Origin: Mustelus asterias
Lineage: Eukaryota
Reading direction: 5' to 3'
NCBI RefSeq assembly: GCF_964213995.1
Contig: NC_135808.1
Location: forward strand, 99,510,001-99,574,000
DNA length: 64,000 nucleotides
Shown here piece after piece: positions 1-13,200 of this stretch. The stretch's first letter is position 1; every line of letters begins with the position of its first letter. Made by a program: the position numbers and the translations under genes. A model generated the notes under the pieces. That model was not told the origin of the DNA, did no database searches, and was given only the letters and a program-made list of their open reading frames with translations.

Positions 1-585
1 TTTGTTCCCGGAAACCAGCATTTCTGGCCTATCCCCAATTGTCCTTGAAGTGATGGTGGTGAGCTGCCTTCTTGAACCGCAGCAGTCCCTGTTTAAGAGC
101 GTGTTCCAGGATTTTGACCCAGTGACAGTGACGGGATGGTAATATATTTCCAGGTCAGGATGGTGAGCGACTTGGAGGAGAACTTCCAGGTGGTGGTATT
201 CCCATGTGTCTGCTGCCCTTGTCCTTCAAAATGGTAATGGTCATGGGTTTAAAAGTGCTGCCCAAGGAACCGTGGTGAGTTCCTGCAGTGCATCATGTAG
301 TTGGTACACACTGCTGCCACTGTTTGTTGATGGTGGAGGGAGTGAATGTTTGTAGATGGGGTGTGAATTAAGTGGGCTGCTTTGCCCTAGATGGCGTCAA
401 GTTTCTGGAGTGCTGTTGGAGCTGCACACTTCTGACTTATACCTTGTAGATGGCGGACAGGGTTTGGCAAGTCAGGAGATGAGTTACTCGTTACAGGATT
501 CCGAGTCTCTGACCTGCTCGTGATCACAATATCATATGGCTAGTCCAATTCAGTTTCCTGTCAATGGCAACCCCAGGATGTTGAC
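1..585 (-). mobile_element. Degenerate L2/CR1-group LINE 3' fragment
   Basis: Homologous to the copies at 42405-43410 and 60880-61190. Confidence 0.65.
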
Positions 586-1231
586 TGATGTCAGGCTAAC
601 TGACCTGTAGTTCTGCGTTTTCTTTTTCCCTCTTTTCTGGAATAGTTCTGATACATTTACTAATTTACAATTTGCCTGGACCGCTGTAGGATCTAGGGAA
701 TTTTGGAAAATTCTGATCAGTGCATTCACGATCCTTGCAGTTACCTCTTTAGAACCTTAGGATGTAGGCCATTAGGTTCTGTGGATTTGTCCGATTTCAG
801 ACCCTAAGTCACTCTAATTATTTCCTCTGCCGATAGAAATTAATTTAAGTTCCTCACTCTTATTAGCTTCTTGGTTACCCTTTATTTCTAGCATATAATT
901 TATGTATTCTATGATATTTGATCAACATCCTCATTTGCTCATTCCCTATGATAATTTCTTGTGTCTCTGCTTTAAGAGTGTATTTTCACTGCTCTCCTTC
1001 TTATATACACTTATTAAAACCTTTGACAACCTATTTTGACATTCACGTCTAGTTTACTTTCATTCGAGTTTTTCTCTTTTAACCAACTTTTGCTCACCCT
1101 CCCCCACTTTGCTGAGAGCATGTGAAAAAGTGACAATGAAAATGGAGCGACTGAGTATATTATTTAGTTTTCCTCATTTATCTTTTAAATACTGGTATAA
1201 TGTACTGGTAACTAAGATTTTCTTCATAATA

Positions 1232-3213
1232 AGGCTGCTCAGGGAGACGAGAGATGAAATCGCTGGGCCTCTGACGCAAATCTTTGTCTCGTCACTGGAC
1301 GCAGGTGAGGTCCCAGAGGATTGGAGGATAGCCAATGTGGTCCCGTTATTTAAGAAGGGTAGGAAGGATAACCCGGGTAATTATAGGCCGGTGAGCTTGA
1401 CGTCCGTGGTGGGGAAGTTGTTGGAGAAGATTCTTAGAGATAGGATGTATGCGCATTTAGAAAGGAATAAACTCATTAACGATAGTCAACATGGTTTTGT
1501 GAGAGGGAGGTCATGCCTCACTAACCTGGTGGTGTTTTTTGAAGAAGTGACCAAAATGGTTGACGAAGGAAGGGCCGTGGATGTTGTCTATATGGACTTT
1601 AGTAACGCGTTTGACAAAGTCCCTCATGGTAGGCTAGTGAAAAAGGTTGGATCCCATGGGATAAAGGGGGAGGTGGCTAGATGGGTGGAGAACTGGCTTG
1701 GTCATAGAAGACAGAGGGTGGTAGTGGAAGGGTCTTTTTCCGGCTGGAGGCCTGTGACTAGTGGTGTACCGCAGGGCTCTGTATTGGGACCTCTGCTGTT
1801 TGTGATTTATATAAATGATCTGGAAGAAGGAGTAACTGGGGTGATCAGTAAGTTTGCGGACGACACAAAACTGACAGGACTTGCAGATAGTGAGGAACAT
1901 TGTCAGAGGCTACAGAAGGATATAGATAGGCTGGAAATTTGGGCAAGGAAATGGCAGATGGAGTTCAATCCTGATAAATGCGAAGTGATGCATTTTGGTG
2001 GGAATAATGTAGGGAGGAGCTACACGATAAATGGAAGAACCATAAAGGGTGTAGAGACGCAGAGGGACCTGGGTGTGCAAGTCCACAGATCTTTGAAGGT
2101 GACGTCACAGGTGGAGAAGGTGGTGAAGAAGGCATATGGCATGCTTGCCTTTATAGGACGGGGCATAGAGTATAAGAGTTGGGGTCTGATGTTGCAGATG
2201 TATAGAACGTTGGTTCGGCCGCATTTGGAATACTGCGTCCAGTTCTGGTCGCCACACTACCAGAAGGACGTGGAGGCTTTGGAGAGAGTACAGAGGAGGT
2301 TTACCAGGATGTTGCCTGGTATGGAGGGGCTTGGTTATGAGGAGAGATTGGGGAAACTGGGGTTGTTCTCCTTGGAAAGACAGTGGATGAGGGGAGACTT
2401 AATAGAGGTGTATAAAATTATGAAAGGCATAGATAGGGTGAACGGTGGGAAGCTTTTCCCCGGGTCGGTGGTGACGTTCACGAGGGGTCATAGGTTCAAG
2501 GTGAAGGGGGGGGGAGGTTTAACACAGATATCAGAAGGACATATTTCACACAGAGGGTCGTGGGGGCCTGGAATGTGTTGCCGGGCAAGGTGGTGGAGGC
2601 GGACACACTGGGAACGTTTAAGACTTATCTAGACAGCTATATGAACGGAGTGGGAATGGAGGGATACAAAAGAGTGGTCTAGTTTGGACCAGGGAGCGGC
2701 GCGGGCTAATTGTTCCTTGTTTCTCGTTTCAAGGCTTCATTCTATGATCATCTTGCTGGTGCCAGTACAGAGCGAGACTGCGGATAGTTGGGAACCTGTC
2801 TCGGGGGCAGGGAATTCATATGGTGTTCGTGGAAGTGGAAATGACTAGGGTTGGGAAGCATTTTCCGATCAGGGCCATTGTGATCTCCTGGACTCGTTTC
2901 GATCGCCTCAGGGGGTCGGAGAGGAATTTCCCAGATTTTTTTTCCCCCATATTGGCCCTGGGGTTTTCACTCTGGGTTTTCGCCTCTCCCTGGAGATCAC
3001 ATGGTCTGGAATGGGGGGGTGGGGGTGAGTTAATAGGTTGTGATGAACAAAGCATCGTAGCTGTGAGGGACAGCTCGGTGGATAGGATATTGGTATGTAG
3101 ATAGGCTGGAAAATTGGGCGGGGATCCTGGATTCAGGATTCAATCCTGGACCGGGGAGCGGCGCGGGCTTGGAGGGCCGAAGGGCCTGTTCCTGTGCTGT
3201 ATTGTTCTTTGTT
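1232..3213 (+). mobile_element. 5'-truncated CR1 (HER1-like) LINE with RT domain and long 3' UTR
   Basis: [30 protein letters not shown]; frameshift in a 9-G run at 2506-2514; tail gggccgaagggcctgttcctgtgctgtattgttctttgtt. Confidence 0.93.
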
Positions 3214-4123
3214 AATAAGGCTTTTATAATAGCAGCAGTAAAGTTATTGAGAGCAACAGGATTTAATCAAAATAAAGATAAACAGATAATAAATAACTAT
3301 CTAAAACACATACCTATGTAATTAAGTACAGAACTTCTAGTTTGTAGGTGGCACTAGCATTGATAAGCACAGTAAATTGTAACATGTGCAAGGTAAGCAT
3401 AAATATTTTTGTTTTTTCCCCATTTGAAGTTCCATTAGCATTTAAATGATTAAGCATTTTCTGTAATTTATGAAATATTTGGTGTGTATTAAATGTATTT
3501 AATCTTATACATGGGATCATGGTTAGTATATACACCCGATTGAGATGAAGGAGGGCCACTTGCAGCCCATTCATTAGCCTAGGTTGCCCGTCACTGACCT
3601 ACATGTTCAATGTCAATTTGGAAGTTGCAGCAGGAGGTCAGCTCAGGTTGAAATAAAGTTACAACTAGTCAGATGTCAACTTCAGAAACGTTAGGGAACG
3701 TAATAAAAGTTCAAATAAAAGTCCAGAATTGTTACTCTTTTTATTCACTAGTATTGTGTAAAATAAATCAGTTTGCCTTTACACTGATTTAATTTCACCA
3801 GATTAGCCTTTCAAACGTTTGGAGAAATAAATGAGGGAATGTTTACAAGGATAACGAAATGAGATCTCATCGTCATCCTTTGCTCCTCAGCTAGGATTTT
3901 CAAAAATGAATGACTCCTACCAGAGTTAAGTGTGCATTGTATCTGTTTTATAATCATCACTGGAATTGGAAAGCCTGCACATACTCACTAAGAAGTCTCA
4001 CACATAAATAATGGCATTGACAAGATACCTGAGTTACTGACAGCACCTTGGCAAGAAATCAACACAATTAAAAAGGGAGCTAGCGAAAAATCATCAAGAA
4101 TACCCCACCAAGAATTTACGTAC

Positions 4124-4254
4124 CTTTGCTATTCTCTCATGCATCCTTGCTTTACGGTCATTACCATCAGTTTTAGCTTGAGCAGCTGCTGTTTTGTATT
4201 TCTCCATTCTTTGATGTAGAGCCTCTAGAACATCTTTGGGTGGTGGAGGTGGGC
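4124..4254 (-). CDS. CC2D1B: CC2D1B coding exon 10 (DM14 repeat 3)
   Basis: [43 protein letters not shown]; donor gtacgt. Confidence 0.93.
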
Positions 4255-7200
4255 CTAAAATCATAAACATGCAATGTCCTGACTATAGTTAACAAACATT
4301 CAACAGAAATTAAGTTAATCTATCAAAAGCTGTAACACAAATATTTAATGAACTGAACTACCAGTATGAAGAAATCATTTGTCTAATTCAAGCTGCATTG
4401 ATTTTCCTCTCCCTCCTCACCTCTTCTCACTTACCCCATCCACAGTCTCAAAGAACAAAGAACAGTACAGCACAGGAAACAGGCCCTTCGGCCCTCCAAA
4501 CCTGTGCCGCTCCTTGGTCCAACTAGACCAATCATTTGTATCCCTCCATTCCCAGGCTGCTCATGTGACTATCCAGGCAAGTCTTAAACGATGTCAGCAT
4601 GTCTGCCTCCACCACCCTACTTGGCAGCACATTCCAGGCCCCCACCACTCTCTGTGTAAAAAACATCCCTCCAATATCTGAGTTATACTTCGCCCCTCTC
4701 ACCTTGAGCCCGTGACCCCGCGTGATCGTCACTTCTGATCTGGGAAAAAGCTTCCCACAGTTCACCCTATCTATCCCCTTCATAATCTTGTACACTTCTG
4801 TTAGATCTCCCCTCATTCTCCGTCTTTCCAGGGAGAACAACCCCAGTTTACCCAATCTCTCCTCATAGCTAAGACCCTCCATACCAGGCAACATCCTGGT
4901 AAACCTTCTCTGCACTCTCTCTAAAGCCTCCACGTCCTTCTGGTAGTGCGGCGACCAGAACTGGACGCAGTACTCCAAATGTGGCCTAACCAGCGTTCTA
5001 TACAGCTGCATCATCAGACTCCAGCTTTTATACTCTATACCCCGTCCTATAAAGGCAAGCATACCATATGCCTTCTTCACCACCTTCTCCACCCGTGTTG
5101 CCACCTTCAAGGATTTGTGGACTTGCACACCTAGGTCCCTCTGTGTTTCTATACTCCTGATGACTCTGCCATTTATTGTATAACTTCTCCCTACTTTATT
5201 TCTTCCAAAATGCATCACTTGGAATTTAATCCAGATAAATGCAATCTGCCACCTCTCTGCCCAATTTTCCAGCCTATCTATATCAAAGAACAAGAACAAA
5301 GAACAAAGAACAATACAGCACAGGAACAGGCCCTTCGGCCCTCCAAGCCCGCGCCGCTCCCCGGTCCAGGATTGAATCCTGAATCCCCGCCCAATTTTCC
5401 AGCCTATCTACATACCAATATCCTATCCACCGAGCTGTCCCTCACAGCTACGATGCTTTGTTCATTACAACCTATTAACTCACCCCCACCCTCCCATTCC
5501 AGACCATGTGATCTCCAGGGAGAGGCGAAAACCCAGAGTGAAAACCCCAGAGCCAATATGGGGAAAAAAAAATCTGGGAAATTCCTCTCCGACCCCCTGA
5601 GGCGATCGAAACGAGTCCAGGAGATCACAATGGCCCTGATCGGAAAATGCTTCCCAACCCTAGTCATTTCCACTTCCACGAACACCATATGAATTCCCTG
5701 CCCCCGAGACAGGTTCCCAACTATCCTGCTGTATTGCCTGACAATGCTCTCTCTCTTTTACTTTGTTTTTTCATCCACCCAACTGGCTTCACTCCCAAGT
5801 GTTGGTTCAATTTTCTCTCTGCTCACTAGTCCTTCTTGACTTGAATAATGCCATTGGTTGTGACTCATGTGAAACACCACGGTAGATGACTCAATCCATG
5901 TACCATTAGCTGGCATAGGTTGGGGAAGGAAACTGCAGGGGATGGGCACAATTGTAATGTGGAACTTGTTCAAGGAACAGCTACTACGCGTCCTTGATAA
6001 ATATGTACCTGTCAGGCAGGGAGGAAGCAGACGTGTGAGGGAACCGTGGTTTACTAAGGAGGTTGAATCTCTTGTGAAGAGGAAGAAGGAGACTCATGTT
6101 AAGATGAGACGTGAAGGCTCAGTTAGGGCGCTTGAGAGTTACAAGTTAGCCAGGAAGGACCTAAAGAAAGAGTTAAGAAGAGCCAGGAGGGGACATGAGA
6201 AGTCTTTGGCAGGTAGGATCAAAGAAAACCCTAAAGCTTTCTATAGGTATGTCAGGAGTAAAAGAATGACTAGGGTACGATTAGGGCCAGTCAAGGACAG
6301 GAGTGGGAAGTTGTGCGTGGAGTCTGAAGAGATAGGAGAGGCACTAAATGAATATTTTTCGTCAGTATTCACACTGGAGAGGGACAGTGTTGTTGAGGGG
6401 AGTACTGAGATGCAGGCTGTTGGACTGGATGGGATTGATGTTCATAAGGAGGAGGTGTTAGCAATTCTGGAAAGGGTAAAAATAGATAAGTCCCCTGGGC
6501 CGGATGGGATTTATCCTAGGATTCTCTGGGAGGCTAGAGAGGAGATTGCAGAGCCTTTGGCTTTGATCTTTGTGTCGTCATTGTCTACAGGAACAGTGCC
6601 AGAAGACTGGAGGATAGCAAATGTTGTCCCCTTGTTCAAGAAGGGGAGTAGGGACAACCCTGGTAATTATAGACCGGTGAGCCTTACTTCTGTTGTGGGC
6701 AAAGTATTGGAAAGGATTATAAGAGATAGGATTTATAATCACCTAGAAAGGAATAATTTGATTAAGGATAGTCAGCACGGTTTTGTGAAGGGTAGGTCGT
6801 GCCTCACAAACCTTATTGAGTTCTTTGAGAAGGTGACCAAAGAGGTGGATGAGGGTAAAGCGGTTGATGTGGTGTATATGGATTTCAGCAAAGCGTTTGA
6901 TAAGGTTCCCCATGGTAAGCTTTTACAGAAAATACGGACACATGGGATTGAGGGTGATTTAGTGGTTTGGATCAGGAATTGGCTAGCTGTAAGAAAACAA
7001 AGGGTGGTGGTTGATGGGAAATATTCATCCTGGAGTTCAGTTACTAGTGGTGTACCGCAAGGATCTGTTTTGGGGCCACTGCCGTTTGTCATTTTTATTA
7101 ATGACTTGGATGAGGGCGTGGAAGGATGGATTAGTAAATTTGCGGATGACACTAAAGTCGGTGGAGTTGTAGACAGTGTGGAGGGAAGTGGCAGGTTACA

Positions 7201-10200
7201 GAGGGACATAGATAAGCTGCAGAGCTGGGCTGAGAGGTGGCAAATGGAGTTTAATGCGGAAAAGTGTGAGGTGATTCACTTTGGAAGGAGTAACAGGAAT
7301 ACAGAGTACTGGGCTAATGGTAAGATACTTGGTAGTGTGGAGGAACAGAGGGATCTGGGTGTCCATGTGCATAGATCCCTGAAAGTTGGCACCCAGGTTG
7401 ATAGGGTTGTTAAGAAGGCGTACGGTGTGTTAGCTTTTATTGGTAGAGGGATTGAGTTTCGGAGCCAGGAGGTCATGCTGCAACTGTACAAAACTCTGGT
7501 GCGGCCGCATTTGGAGTATTGCGTACAGTTCTGGTCGCCGTATTATAGGAAAGATGTGGAAGTGTTGGAAAGAGTGCAGAGGAGATTTACCAGGATGTTG
7601 CCTGGTATGGTGGGAAAATCGTATGTGGAAAGGCTGAGGGGCTTGAGGTTGTTTTCGTTAGAGAGAAGAAGGTTAAGAGGTGACTTAATAGAGGCATACA
7701 AGATGATCAGAGGATTAGATAGGGTGGATAGTGAGAGCCTTTTTCCTCGGATGGTGTTGGCTAGCACGAGGGGACATAGCTTTAAATTGAGGGGTGAGAG
7801 ATATAGGACAGATGTTAGAGGTAGGTTCTTTACTCAGAGAGTAGTAAGGGCGTGGAATGCCCTGCCTGCAGCAGTGCTGGACTCGTCAACGTTGAGAGCG
7901 TTCAAGTGGTTATTGGATAAACATATGGATGATATTGGAATAGTGTAGATTAGAGGGGCTTTAGATTGGTACCACTGGTCGGCGCAACATCGAGGGCCGA
8001 AGAGCCTGTACTGCGCTGTAATGTTCTATGTTCTATTTCTGACCAAGGCACACCACCGTTTCCAAATAATTATATTCCTACAACACCATCAACACTACCA
8101 GGGATCAACTACTGGCTGCTTAGTACCCTAGGTAGCATTGCACTACATTGAGAATTGGAAGGAAGAACCCACTTCCCTTTGCCATGACACAATTTATTAG
8201 GCATACATTCACAGTGTCATTGGCCCAACTCACTTAAATGGAAGGAAAACATTACGTTAAGAAAAAATAACAGCTTCACTGCAAGTGGTAGATCCAAACT
8301 AACATTTCCAACATTTTTAAGGATCAAGTCCCTAAAGTCACAATACAATTGGAAAATAAAAATATGCACATCTTAAACTGACAAAATAGAATTTAAATAG
8401 AAAGCTTAGAAAGTTTTATGATGTTCTAATACAATGTTGTGATTCACATAGTCATAAATAAAGTAAGAGCAAAGGTTTAGGACACAAGTTAAATTTCAAA
8501 AAAGAACAACTTTATAACAAACTATTATTCTGCTATATGCACAGGCCTTGTTATTTGTACAATTGGGAAATCCTGTCTAAATACAAAGAATTGCACAATC
8601 TGTTTAATGCTGAAAATACTCAATTTAATATGCTCTCAGTCTTTGTACAATTCCAAAGTTCAATGGCAGGAAGAAAATAATATACATCATTACAACCCAA
8701 TAGTCTTGAGATTAGTCAAGAATCTAAATTTAAGGTTAAAAAAAAGCAGATGTTTTTAAAAGAAAACAAAGTTAAATCTTTCATCTGTCCATATACTTTG
8801 CATAAAAAATATTTATTTATTAGTCACAAGTAGGCTTACATTAACACTGCAATGAAGATACTGTGAAAATCCCCGAGTCGCCACACTCTGGCGCCTGTTC
8901 AGGTACACGGAGGGAGAATTCAGCATGGCCAATGCACCTAATCAACACGTCTTTCAGACTGTGGGAGGCAACTGGAGCACCCGGAGGAAATCCACAGACA
9001 CAGGGAGAACGTGAAAACTCCACAGACAGTAACCCAAGCCGGGAACCAAACCCAGGTCCTTGGCCCTGGCGCTGTGAGGCAGCAGTGCTAACCGCTGTGC
9101 TACCATGCCACCCCAACTAAACTAACTAAATAAACATGTCAAATAGTAATAGCTCAAAACATTAAAATATTTCGTTTGTCAAAGTTCTCAGCATCAATTC
9201 CATTTTCTGTTTCCAGCCCTAGCTACATTTCCCCAAATTGAGCCAGTTCCTGCTATTGATTGCACTAAATACAGGAGAAACAAAAGGTTTTAAAGCTTCA
9301 AACAAGATCATGTCCTGAAGCTTCAAACTCTCAGAGAAATGATCCACTGTATTTTCTAATTATAATTTTGAAATGCTCATCTTTCCCATTAAACAAGAGG
9401 CTACTATGCTTCATGGTAACATTTACACCTAAACACATTGTACCGGATTGTTCAGTGACTTGAGGTTCAGTTTTGGAATCCATTCCTTGCTGATCAGGAA
9501 GAGTTACTATACTGGAAGGACTCGGTGATTCTTCTTGGGCTGAAGTATCTGTCAAAACATTTGAATAAATTACAAATAAAAATATTTTTAAAAGGAAAAT
9601 GTCACTTTACAAGGTAATAAGTTTGCATTCAGTATTAGTTTCAAAGCATCTTTAATCTGACAGACCATCAGTTAACTGAATTGTAGCAGGTAACAAACGT
9701 TTCAAATTAATAGTCTGCCAGGTGATAGAACTGTGCTCTGAGTGCTGGTTCCAAGCTGTAAATAGCTTGATTTGACAAAACGAACACCATGGATTGTTTT
9801 GTATATTTAAAACTGATTTGCTCTGGTTGGCCCGTCTATTAATTATGACTAGCTAAAAATGAAAAATTAAAATAATTTCAAGTGGTCATGACTATTGCAA
9901 AGATTAAATTAATTTCATGACTGGCATGTGAAAAGATATATACATAGATGCCTAAACTTGTGTGTCTATCAGGTATGAGTTTGATATGTCAGCAGTACTG
10001 TTTAGGATGGATCTGTCAAAATTCATCTAGTATCTCAACAAAAGGTTGCTTTTCTTTCATTTCCTGAAAGATATTTGTTGAAACGTATATTTCACCAAAT
10101 TGCACCATGCAGAAATCCTACAAAAGTTAAATTAATTTTAAAATGGGAATGTAAGAACTCCTAATGATTCATTGAATAAATACACAGAAAAATAAGCATA

Positions 10201-13200
10201 TCATGCCATGCAGATCAGGAAAGTCTCAGGTTTCTTTCTTGAATCAGTTGATCTCAGCCAGTTGGGACCCACTTACAGAACCTGCAGATCTTGCAGTTGA
10301 CGGGAACCAATTTGAGATGCAGTGATGTTGTTATTATTTAATGCATCCTCAATCCAACCCAGGCACTGGGGAGACTAGATCTGGTATTGAGCACTCTGCC
10401 AGCACTACACACGTTACATCGGATCAGGCCATAGATTTTGCCAATAAACTGTTTTTATTGTGCCAATCTGCTTGTCACCTCTGCACTCCCCCTAGACACG
10501 ATCAATTTTACATATACAGGTCATCATTTTCGAGGGAATGAGTATCCTGGGACTCCTTGAAAATCCACTTGCTTCAACAATGATTGACTGTTGCACTCTA
10601 AAAACAAGGGATGCATGGGTGTGTTAGGAGGAATCATTGAAATTATTTCAGCTGCCAAGGTAGTGGGGAGAACACTATAATTGATTTCAGTATCTTAATG
10701 CTTGTTGAATAATATATGTATCGAACTTTGGGTAAAGACCAAGCTTCATGATGACTTCCCATGGTCAACATGCTCACTTTTTATGCTCACTGTCAGCAGC
10801 ACAGTGGCCACATTGGTTAGCACTGCGACCTCACAGCACCAGGAACCCAGGTTCAATTCCGGCCTCGGGTGACTGCGCAAACGCCACATATTCTCCCCAT
10901 GTCTGCGTGGGTTTCCTCCGGGTGCTCCGGTTACCTCCCACAGTCCAAAGATGTGCAGGTCAGGTGGATTGGCCATGCTAAGTTGCCCCTTAGTGTCAGG
11001 GGGATTAGCAGGGTAAATATGTGGGGTTACAGGGATAGGGTCCAGGTGGGGTTGTCGTTGGTGCAGGCTCGATGGGCCAAATGGCCTCCTCCTGCACCGT
11101 AGGGATTCTATGACTTGGATGGAATACTAAATTGTAGTGTGTTATATCGAGTACAAAACTACAACTTCAGAAGGGAAGTTTTCATTAAAACATATGAATT
11201 GCTGACCAATTCTTAGGGATTCATGAGATCTCAAATGAAGTGTTGAAATTTGTGCACATATAAAAACAATTTTTATGTATTTTTGCATAGCTTGGCACTG
11301 TCGAGAGGGGTAAATTAAATGTTTGAATGGACTGAAATAAATTGCGCGTGATAGTAATGCATTTGCACAGAGTGGAACAATGTACCCCAGAATTGAACTT
11401 GTGATCAGCTTCAGATCAGAGCAATATGGACTTACTTAAAGCCTGTACAATAATACAATAAAGTCACTACTTCGGTGTGGGTGAGAGTTTAAAAATAATA
11501 AATCCAGAGTTTAGGTTTCCTCCCAAGTTGCAATATACTATCACAGGAAAAGAACAGTTTTACAAGTGGACAAAAATGAAGCCAACAACTCTACAATTAC
11601 AAATCCATGCATTCCCACCTGTTGGAGATGGTGGCAGATTACTCAGATCCACAGGCTCCCCACTATCCAAAGCCTTTATTACAACATCAAATTTCTGAAG
11701 AAACAAGAAATGGAAAACACACTTTTAAATCTGTGTATATCTGCTATATGTTACAAATGGTACATGATCACAATTGTCCAAAATAATTGCATCTGTAGGT
11801 GGAGCTGCAAGCATAATATTACATGGCTCCTAAGTAAGAAATGCGCCTTTGGAATCACGAGAAAAATTTATAGCACCTGAAGGTTTGTCTGAAAATTAAA
11901 TTATGGGAAACACCAGACAAACAAAATATGCAGCATACAGAAAGTCTGAAAAAAATTTTAAAATGTAAGTTCACAAGTGGTCGCTAAGGTAGGTTAAATA
12001 AACTACTGTCTAGAAAGGCAGCATTGATCATTTTCCATACTGGTTGGTTTCAGAAACTCATTACTGTAAATACAGTAATTTCCATTACAGCACAGATTTC
12101 AGGCACATCGACTGATCTGACATTCCACAAACTTAAAAGACTTTAAACTATTGCATCATCCAACAGTTTAATATTTTATCGGCATAATTGTTTTCTATAT
12201 CACTGGTTAAGATACCTTTGTGGCACTCAACCAAAGTTTTGACATGACAATGTCTGGATTTTATAGCAATCAAATGGAATAAAGATTAGTCACTAAATCA
12301 GTGATCTTACCAGTCTTATATCTCAAGCAAATAAAATCACACATTGCATTGTTTGCAGCTAGCTCCAGTGACATATTACAGCAAAATACTGTGGATGCTT
12401 TAACTCTAAAATTGAAACGGAAAATGCTGCATATTGTCAGCTGCTCAGGCAACATTTGTGGAAAGGGAAACAAACGTTTCTGGTTGATGACCTTTCATCA
12501 GAACCATTGATATGAAATGTTGGTATCATTTCTCCTCCCACAGATCACGCCAGACCTGCTGAGTTTTCTCCACATTTTCTGCTTCTATTTGAAATTATAC
12601 ACTTTTTAAAAAAAATAAGGCTTGGGGCAATTCAAAATATATTATTCTACGATGGAAAACTGTTTCCCTTCAAAGTCCAATTATTTTTAAGTAAACAGAG
12701 GATCGCGTCAGTGCTTAACTAGTTAGCCCTGCTTGTTCAAGGAACTCGAGATTCAAATGTACTCATTGGTCATAGGCTGCATGTCAAATCAGCCTGCATT
12801 TTAAAACTATTTTACATTTAATAAAAAGTGATGCCTGCTAGACTAACCTATATACACACACACAAAGAACAAAGAAAAGTACAGCACAAGAACAGGCCTT
12901 TGGCCCTCCAAGCCTGTGCCGATCATGATGCCCTAACTAAATTAAAGATCTTCTGCCCTTCCTTAGTCTGTATCCCTCTATTCCCTCCCTATTCATCTAC
13001 CCATCAGATGCTTCTTAAATGTTGTGAATGTGCCTGCTTCCACCACCTCCTCCAGCAGCGCGTTCTAGGCACCCACCACTCTCTGCCTGAAAAACTTCTC
13101 CTGCACATCTCCCTTAAACTTTCCCCCTCTCACCTTGAGCCTGTGCTCCCTTGTAATTGACACTTCCATCCTTGGAAAAAGCCTCTGACTATCCACCCTG

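Noticed and set aside
1109-1231. N-terminal extension of the 507-aa ORF
   Set aside because: AT-rich flank read through into a 5'-truncated CR1; homology starts at about 1232.
2820-3104. 94-aa ORF duplicated at 5404-5688
   Set aside because: It lies in a repeated CR1 3' UTR module; the identity reflects recent copying, not coding selection.
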